Shown: positions 58,261 through 64,000 of the stretch, piece by piece
Numbering within the stretch: the stretch's first letter is position 1
Layout: every line of letters begins with the position of its first letter
NCBI GenBank assembly: GCA_021648085.1
Contig: JAKITS010000001.1
Span: 324,948-388,947 of the forward strand
Length of the DNA stretch: 64,000 nt
Source of the DNA: Candidatus Magasanikiibacteriota bacterium
GTDB taxonomy: Bacteria > Patescibacteriota > Patescibacteriia > Magasanikbacterales > UBA922
Direction of reading: 5' to 3'
Position numbers and translations under genes: made by a program
The notes under the pieces: generated by a model
Told to the model about the DNA's origin: nothing
Database searches by the model: none
Seen by the model: only the letters and a program-made list of their open reading frames with translations

Positions 58261-58689
58261 TTATTTATTATTACTTTTTAGTAGTTTCCAATACATATAA
58301 ATACTCTCTTCTTCTGCGTCTATCCTAAGAGTAAGCCCTTGCTTCATTGATTTAAAATCTTTCTTAAATCCACTAAAATCTCCTTTTATATCTTTTGAAG
58401 TTTCAAACTCTTGTAAAAAACTATAAACTGTTTTTTCAATATATTTTATTTTAGATATAAAATCTTTTGTTTTTTTAGAATCTACACCCACCTTATCCAT
58501 CTTCCTCAAAAGACGAGGATAAAAATACTCATTTTCAAGTTTTAAGTGTTTTTCTAATTTTTCTGTAAAAACTTCCAAAGATTTATGTATTTTCTGAATT
58601 TCTGTATCTTTTTTCTTAGAAATCTTCTTTAGCTCATCTCTAAGCTCGTCATGCTGAAATGTCAAAACCTTGACTATATCTTTCTTCAT
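58261..58689 (-). CDS. hemerythrin-like (HHE) domain protein
   Basis: Start taken at internal MKKDIVK (58689), because the upstream part of the ORF-track ORF overlaps the VKOR gene in another frame. H...E pairs and FYPRL motif. Confidence 0.45.
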   Translation of the reverse strand: MKKDIVKVLTFQHDELRDELKKISKKKDTEIQKIHKSLEVFTEKLEKHLKLENEYFYPRLLRKMDKVGVDSKKTKDFISKIKYIEKTVYSFLQEFETSKDIKGDFSGFKKDFKSMKQGLTLRIDAEEESIYMYWKLLKSNNK

Positions 58690-58703
58690 AGAATATTTCT
58701 TTT

Positions 58704-59105
58704 TTAAAGTAAAAATGTTGCATAAGCTAAAATTGTAAAATTTATAGCTGACAAAACACACCAAGTGCAAAAAGCTTTCAAAACAAAACCTTGGACATAA
58801 AGAAAATATATAGAAAATAAAAATCCTATCGCAACCACAATTTGAATTGGCCAAAAAAGCATAGTGACGCTATATGCATACAAAATAGTGCAAATGAAAA
58901 TAAATGTGTACATTACAAAACCAGCATATGAATTTGGAATTCCAAAAGTTTTACTTTGTTTTGAGTGTTGAACCTTTTTACACCATTTTTTTGGAAAAAA
59001 CAAACAAAGGACATCTGTACCGCGAATTTTGTTGTAAATAAGATACAAAGTATCAAAAATACCGATAGCAGACACAATCAACAAAAGCTTTAGTTGCAAT
59101 GACAT
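58704..59105 (-). CDS. vitamin K epoxide reductase (VKOR)-family membrane protein
   Basis: 4-5 TM. Loop Cys pair (C34...C42) and TM CTWC redox motif. Confidence 0.7.
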   Translation of the reverse strand: MSLQLKLLLIVSAIGIFDTLYLIYNKIRGTDVLCLFFPKKWCKKVQHSKQSKTFGIPNSYAGFVMYTFIFICTILYAYSVTMLFWPIQIVVAIGFLFSIYFLYVQGFVLKAFCTWCVLSAINFTILAYATFLL

Positions 59106-59168
59106 AATTATTTTTAAGAATTATATTTTTATTATACCATTTTTATATAACAAAATATAGTTTAATAA

Positions 59169-59951
59169 TTAATTTACTAACTCAGAAATCTTTAACTCTT
59201 TAGCATTTTTCTTTAAAAAATCAGTTGCAAAATTATCTGCATAATTTTCATATGAAGAATTTCTGTATGCAAGTTCTTGTGCATTTAAAAGATCTTGTAG
59301 TGTTTTTATATTGCTAGTCTTTACTATTCTATAAACATCCGGATTAGCTAATAAAAATTCTTCTAAATTAGTAAATTTAGCCATTTCTTCTCGCAAATCA
59401 ACCGGATCAAATCCTGGAACAGGTAATGTATATAAATTTGCATTATAGTGTGACGACCATTCTTCTGCAGCATCTGCACCTTCAAAATCTGGGTTGGTTT
59501 CATAATTTTTTATATAATCCGTAGCATGCCCCAACTCATGAGCAATAATAAATTGCCTAAGTAAGTTTGGCGTCATATTTTCAAAGCTAATTCCCAACAT
59601 ATCAGCAACTTCTTTGGCAGAAGATTCACGAACATCTTTTAATTTTTGCAAGTGTTCTTTATTTTCAGAAACAATAAATATTGTAGGAATAAACACATTT
59701 TCGCCAACCTGAACTCTATGAAAAAAACCGTCCGTATTTGGCTCGTCTTCTGGGGAAATAGTTACAACCTCAACATGAGATAAGAAATCATTTTGTTCTA
59801 ACATAAGCTTAAGCATTGCATCCATAGATTTATCTATTTCTATACCTTCTCTTGATATTAATTCATCCAACCGTACACCTTTATTTTTTCTCTCGTCTTC
59901 TTTCTCTAAGTTATTTTGATAAAAAGAAGTAGATTGTTCAGAGTTTTCCAT
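59169..59951 (-). CDS. HExxH zinc-metallopeptidase-like protein (ImmA/IrrE M78-like)
   Basis: FIIAHELGHATDYI. Otherwise unassigned. Confidence 0.45.
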   Translation of the reverse strand: MENSEQSTSFYQNNLEKEDERKNKGVRLDELISREGIEIDKSMDAMLKLMLEQNDFLSHVEVVTISPEDEPNTDGFFHRVQVGENVFIPTIFIVSENKEHLQKLKDVRESSAKEVADMLGISFENMTPNLLRQFIIAHELGHATDYIKNYETNPDFEGADAAEEWSSHYNANLYTLPVPGFDPVDLREEMAKFTNLEEFLLANPDVYRIVKTSNIKTLQDLLNAQELAYRNSSYENYADNFATDFLKKNAKELKISELVN

Positions 59952-59978
59952 TGGTTTTTAATATTTAATGATAAAAAT

Positions 59979-60491
59979 TTAATTATTTCTAAAAAAAGTT
60001 TGTTCAAAAAAAAATTTAACTTTTTCTTTTAATTCATCATCTGATATTTTTTTACTTTCATTCTTCATTGCAACAATAATTGCAAGATTATAAAGCCCAA
60101 AATCTTTTGGTTCAAACCCTTTCCAGTTATAAAAACTACAATCACCAAATAACGATTTTAAAATACTTTTATAGTTTTCTTTTGATAAAACAGAAGGTAA
60201 ATAATTATTTTTTTCTAAAAAATAAACAGTACTAACAACAGAAAGTCTTTTATTTCCATTAGAGAAATAGTGAGTATTTATATTTATAAACAAAAATGAA
60301 GCTTTATCCGTTATGTTTGGATAATAAATAGTTTTAGACCTATCAATTAAAGCAAAATATTCGTCAATTGAATCTCTTTGACTATCATAATCTGGCACCT
60401 CTTCTTTATGTTCATATTCAAAACCTCTAATAATATTAATGATATTGATTAAATCTTCCGGTAAAATATATTCAATATTATTTTGTATCAT
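59979..60491 (-). CDS. Fic/Doc-family protein (Doc-type motif HYFSNGNKR)
   Basis: The HxFx(D/N)GNKR variant characteristic of Doc toxins. 170 aa. Confidence 0.7.
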   Translation of the reverse strand: MIQNNIEYILPEDLINIINIIRGFEYEHKEEVPDYDSQRDSIDEYFALIDRSKTIYYPNITDKASFLFININTHYFSNGNKRLSVVSTVYFLEKNNYLPSVLSKENYKSILKSLFGDCSFYNWKGFEPKDFGLYNLAIIVAMKNESKKISDDELKEKVKFFFEQTFFRNN

Positions 60492-60499
60492 AAATAAAT

Positions 60500-60673
60500 T
60501 TATGTATTTCCAAGCCTTTTAACAACAATGCTATAATTTCTTTTTACAGATTTTGCTGTAGTTTTGCTTTTGTAAGAACCGATAATTTGCCCCTTCTTTC
60601 CAGAAGAAGTGGTTCTTTGTCTAATTGCATAATATTTTTTTGTAGAGGTATTATGAATTCTTTTTGTAGCCAT
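60500..60673 (-). CDS. possible 57-aa basic protein immediately upstream of doc (MATKRIHNTSTKKYYAIRQRTTSSGKKGQIIGSYKSKTTAKSVKRNYSIVVKRLGNT)
   Basis: Complete ORF below the track size cutoff. Its stop is 8 nt before the Doc start, the antitoxin position in phd-doc operons. Confidence 0.35.
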   Translation of the reverse strand: MATKRIHNTSTKKYYAIRQRTTSSGKKGQIIGSYKSKTTAKSVKRNYSIVVKRLGNT

Positions 60674-60790
60674 ACTATTTTATTTATATTTATTTTATCA
60701 TTTTTATTTTTAAAAAACAAGCTTTATTTTTAAATCAAAATCAAAAAAGTTTTTTGATTTTAAACTATTCTAAAAAAGTGGCAGGACTTT

Positions 60791-61024
60791 TTTCGCTCCG
60801 ACTCAAGCCGGGGTGCTACGCGCTCTCGCACCCTTCGAATCCCGACACAGGCAAAGACTTTTGCCTGCTCTCTCTCCTTCACTTCGTTGCGGAAAGGGCG
60901 GGATTCCTTTCGCTCCGACTCAAGCCGGGGTGCTACGCGCTCTCGCACCCTTCGAATCCCGACACAGGCAAAGACTTTTGCCTGCTCTCTCTCCTTCACT
61001 TCGTTGCGGAAAGGGCGGGATTCG
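60791..61024. repeat. two perfect tandem 117-bp direct repeats downstream of tRNA-Ser, each ending with a copy of the tRNA 3'-terminal ~18 nt
   Basis: TTTCGCTCCG at 60791 and again at 60908. TGCGGAAAGGGCGGGATTC at 60888-60906 and 61005-61023 (the latter is the real tRNA 3' end). Overlapping ORFs on both strands are spurious. Confidence 0.8.
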
Positions 61025-61093
61025 AACCCACGGTACGATTTCTCGTACACATGCTTTCCAAGCATGCGCATTAAACCACTCTGCCACCTTTCC
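61007..61093 (-). tRNA. tRNA-Ser(GGA)
   Basis: GGAAAGG-TG-GCAGAGTGGTTTAATGC-GCATGC-TTGGAAA-GCATG- long variable arm TGTACGAGAAATCGTACC -GTGGGTTCGAATCCCGC-CCTTTCC-G. Confidence 0.85.
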
Positions 61094-61102
61094 AATTTTA
61101 TT

Positions 61103-61873
61103 TTATGTACTTTTTTTATTTATTTTATAAAATAAAAATATTCCACTTATCAAAAGAATAATAGCAAAATATTGAGCTGGAGTCAATCCTAAATACCTAA
61201 CATCTGCATGTGCTATATCTACTGCCCTAAAAAAATCCAACACAAAACGCATAAAACCATATTCTGTGAGTAAAATAATTGTAAACCAACCGTCGCCAAA
61301 TTTTACTTTTTTTCTAAGAATCAAAAAAATAATAGCCACAGGAATCAACCACAAAATTTCTAGCAATGCCATTTCTAGTCTTGCTCCGTCTGGCGTATTT
61401 ATAGCAAGAAAAAAGTCTACTTTTTGACCCAAATGATCGTGAATTGCAAAACACCCAAGCCTGCCAACAATCCAACCAAAAATTGCAGAAAAACTTAGTA
61501 AATCTGCAATCTTCAAATATATTTCTTTATTCCAACTTCTACTTGAACCGTAAATAAAAAATCCCAAAACTGCACCGAATAAACCACCAAAAGAAGAAAA
61601 TCCACCGTTCCAAACTTTGAATATTTCAAAAGGATTGCTGAAAAAGAAAGAAGGCTCATAAAATGCAATGTGAAAAATTCTAGCAAATAAAAAACCTAAA
61701 ACAATAATTAACAACATCAAATTGGTCAAACTCTCTGAATCCATTCCAACTTCTTTTGATTTTTTAAGTAAGATTATAAAAGAAGTCAAAAAACCAAGTG
61801 CAACAAAGAAACCCCAAGCATAAATTGTCAAAGGACCTATATTAAAACTTAGATATTGAAACCACGGAATCAT
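61103..61873 (-). CDS. lgt: prolipoprotein diacylglyceryl transferase
   Basis: SIGPL..YAWG N-terminus, FxxWNGGxSxxGG, GRLGCF. 7 TM. Confidence 0.85.
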   Translation of the reverse strand: MIPWFQYLSFNIGPLTIYAWGFFVALGFLTSFIILLKKSKEVGMDSESLTNLMLLIIVLGFLFARIFHIAFYEPSFFFSNPFEIFKVWNGGFSSFGGLFGAVLGFFIYGSSRSWNKEIYLKIADLLSFSAIFGWIVGRLGCFAIHDHLGQKVDFFLAINTPDGARLEMALLEILWLIPVAIIFLILRKKVKFGDGWFTIILLTEYGFMRFVLDFFRAVDIAHADVRYLGLTPAQYFAIILLISGIFLFYKINKKST

Positions 61874-61878
61874 AAAAA

Positions 61879-63210
61879 CTATTTCTCTTTTCTAGACTTT
61901 TTTATAATTTCAACAATTTCTTCTTCATTATCAACAATATGAAACAAATCCAAATCTTCACTATTAATTGTTTTAAATTGCTCTACCAAAACTTTTCTTA
62001 TAAACTCTTTCAAAGGTCCCCAAAACTCTGTGTCATACAAAATAATTGGAAGTTTTGCCATCTTTCCAGTCTGTACCAAAGCCAAAACCTCAAAAAGCTG
62101 ATGAAGTGTACCTAGTCTTCCTGGGAAAAATACAAAACCTTTTGAAGGTGCTGTCACCAACAATTTCCTTACAAATGGAAAACTCGTCACCATTGAACGG
62201 GTCACATATTCATTTAAAGGTGCTTTGTCATTCAATTTCATTGCAATTCCAATGGAATCTCCTCCGGCTTCTTTTACACCCTTATTTACAGCTTCTGCCG
62301 CCCCAATTCCCCCACCTGTCACAACTGCAAAACCTTCTTCTGCCAATTTTGTTCCTAGGTTGTTTGCAACATTGTAATATCTATTATCTTTTTTTATACT
62401 TTTTGAACCAAGCACTGTCACATCTTCTACCAAACCAGTCAAAAATTCAAAACCTTCTACAAGCTCTGCCATAATTCTAAAAATCTTCCAATCAATTTTT
62501 TCATCGCACACAAAATTCATTGGCGCTAATTCACAAATATTTATATCTTCTACATCTTTTACTATTTTCTCCACCTCTTCAACACTATCCACAATTCTCC
62601 ATCTTTGAATTTCTTCTTTGTGTTCGCATACCAATTTTTTACAACTTTCATTTAAAAAATTTATAATTGGATTCCAAAATTCACTTCCAACCAAAATTAA
62701 AGGTGAACGATACATCTTTCCCAAATCCATCATATCTACAATTTCAAAGAATTCATCCATTGTTCCATAACCACCAGGAAAAAATACAAATGCGTGAGCT
62801 GGAGCAGTAAGCATTACTTTTCTAGTGAAAAAATAATGAAATGCTGTGGACTGTTTTACATAAGGATTTATCCTTTGTTCAAAAGGAAGTTGGATATTTA
62901 GACCAACACTTTCACCTCCAGCTTCTGTTGCACCCCTATTTCCTGCTTCCATAATTCCTGGGCCTCCACCAGTCACAGTTGTGATACCATGTTTTGCCAA
63001 AACAGACCCAACCTCTTGCGCCAAATTGTAATATTTACTATTTTCCGGAAGACGCGCAGAACCCATTATTGTGACGACTTTTTTAAATTGAGACAAAAAC
63101 TGATAACCATCTACAAATTCAGACATTATACGAAAAATTCGCCAAGTATCACGAAATTCTCCTGTTTCATTTAATGCAGAAAATTCTTGCTTTTTTATTT
63201 CTTTTTTCAT
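61879..63210 (-). CDS. tandem-duplicated LOG-family (TIGR00730) protein
   Basis: Two complete LOG modules, each with GGGxGxMEA/AEA and the PGGxGTxxE motif (FPGGYGTMDE and FPGRLGTLHQ). Confidence 0.8.
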   Translation of the reverse strand: MKKEIKKQEFSALNETGEFRDTWRIFRIMSEFVDGYQFLSQFKKVVTIMGSARLPENSKYYNLAQEVGSVLAKHGITTVTGGGPGIMEAGNRGATEAGGESVGLNIQLPFEQRINPYVKQSTAFHYFFTRKVMLTAPAHAFVFFPGGYGTMDEFFEIVDMMDLGKMYRSPLILVGSEFWNPIINFLNESCKKLVCEHKEEIQRWRIVDSVEEVEKIVKDVEDINICELAPMNFVCDEKIDWKIFRIMAELVEGFEFLTGLVEDVTVLGSKSIKKDNRYYNVANNLGTKLAEEGFAVVTGGGIGAAEAVNKGVKEAGGDSIGIAMKLNDKAPLNEYVTRSMVTSFPFVRKLLVTAPSKGFVFFPGRLGTLHQLFEVLALVQTGKMAKLPIILYDTEFWGPLKEFIRKVLVEQFKTINSEDLDLFHIVDNEEEIVEIIKKSRKEK

Positions 63211-64000
63211 AATTTATTTCCAATTCTTAAAACTAAATCTTCTCTAAGTCTAGGCCCTATAATTTGTGTACCAATTGGCAGTTTTGACTTTGTAAATCCT
63301 GTTGGTACAGACATTGCCGGCACTCCTGCCACAGACGCAGGACTTACAAAAATATCAGACAAATACATTGCCAAAACATCATCTTTTTTCTCCCCCAATC
63401 CAAATGCTGGGAATGGTGAAGTTGGTGTTATTAGTACATCAACCCCTCTAAACACTTCTTCAAAATCACGAATTATCAAAGTCCTCACTCTTTGTGCCTT
63501 TTTATAATAAGCATTATAATATCCAGCAGATAAAACATAAGTTCCCATCATAATTCTTCTTTTTACCTCGTCTGGAAATCCTCGTCCACGAGAATGTGCA
63601 TACAAACTATACAAATCACCTTGCCCTAAACGAACTCCATAACGAATTCCATCTAGTCTTCCCAAATTTGAACTGTCTTCACTGGAAACTGTAATGTAAT
63701 AAACTGAAATTGCATATTTTGTGTGTGGAAGTGAGACTTCTTTTATTTCACAACCTGCTTTTTTTAATTTATCAATCTGAGCTTCTACATTTTTTCTAAC
63801 CTCTTCATCCAATCCATCCACTTCAAAATATTCTTTTGGAACTCCAACCTTCAAACCATTTACTCCTTTTTCCAGTTCTGCCAAATAATTTGGTACCGGA
63901 TTTGGAACTGTTGTACTATCTTTTTTATCTTGCCCAGCCATTACTTCCATTATTATAGAAATATCTTCCACTGTTTTTGCCATTGGCCCAACAGTATCCA
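63207..64000 (-). CDS. gatA: Glu/Asp-tRNA amidotransferase subunit A (amidase); N-terminus beyond window end
   Basis: C-terminal GatA sequence ...YYNAYYKKAQRVRTLI...DVLITPTSP...DIFVSPASVAGVPAMSVPTG. The frame stays open to position 64000. Confidence 0.85.
   Translation of the reverse strand, partial: DTVGPMAKTVEDISIIMEVMAGQDKKDSTTVPNPVPNYLAELEKGVNGLKVGVPKEYFEVDGLDEEVRKNVEAQIDKLKKAGCEIKEVSLPHTKYAISVYYITVSSEDSSNLGRLDGIRYGVRLGQGDLYSLYAHSRGRGFPDEVKRRIMMGTYVLSAGYYNAYYKKAQRVRTLIIRDFEEVFRGVDVLITPTSPFPAFGLGEKKDDVLAMYLSDIFVSPASVAGVPAMSVPTGFTKSKLPIGTQIIGPRLREDLVLRIGNKL

Noticed and set aside
58261-58854. Full 197-aa ORF as called by the ORF track
   Set aside because: Its first 55 codons overlap the VKOR gene in another frame and have odd composition. 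An internal ATG (58689) with the hemerythrin-like domain intact is the more plausible start.
60791-61024. Possible CRISPR array
   Set aside because: Only two units of 117 bp with no unique spacers between them; the units are contiguous. No cas genes in the window.
60754-61135. Four overlapping ORFs on both strands (106, 111, 105 and 82 aa) with repetitive translations
   Set aside because: They lie entirely inside the tandem 117-bp repeats and the tRNA-Ser gene. Their internal sequence repetition is the DNA repeat being translated, so they are not genes.

Overview
This is an AT-rich (about 30% GC) bacterial window with compact, mostly minus-strand genes. The overall make-up is reminiscent of a small-genome uncultivated lineage (CPR/Patescibacteria-like); that is inference only. 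Housekeeping content: lysS (partial) and greA. A cell-wall/shape cluster mreB-mreC-mreD-PBP2. proS. A UvrD-like helicase with a C-terminal nuclease. A complete F-type ATP synthase operon (atpZ-like, B, E, F, H, A, G, D, C). An RND exporter. A copper/thiol-redox gene island around copA. A DEAD-box helicase. An ABC-F ATPase. ftsE/ftsX. A PrsA-like PPIase. A Mur ligase. A Ca-type P-type ATPase. murG-ftsW. rlmH. rpmA. A DsbA/VKOR pair. lgt. A tandem-LOG protein. gatA (partial). RNA genes: tRNA-Lys, tRNA-Gln, tRNA-Ser, and a tRNA-Asn(GUU) that appears to be interrupted by a ~378-nt group I intron. There is also a promoter- and terminator-bounded ~210-nt GC-rich ncRNA of unresolved class. The most unusual material is non-coding or accessory: (1) families of structured short repeats, including units that duplicate the 3' ends of tRNA-Ser and tRNA-Gln (att-like) and share an ~85-nt core with compensatory base changes; (2) four tandem cassettes of small 3-TM proteins behind tRNA-Lys, each with its own promoter and a near-identical terminator; (3) a Doc-family toxin with a tiny basic upstream ORF and an HExxH (M78-like) protein next to the tRNA-Ser repeats; (4) two copper-island proteins that share a C-terminal ...MVGGC end encoded by an identical 17-nt string. 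No CRISPR array and no rRNA were seen. All calls are from reading the sequence and ORF translations; no database searches were run.
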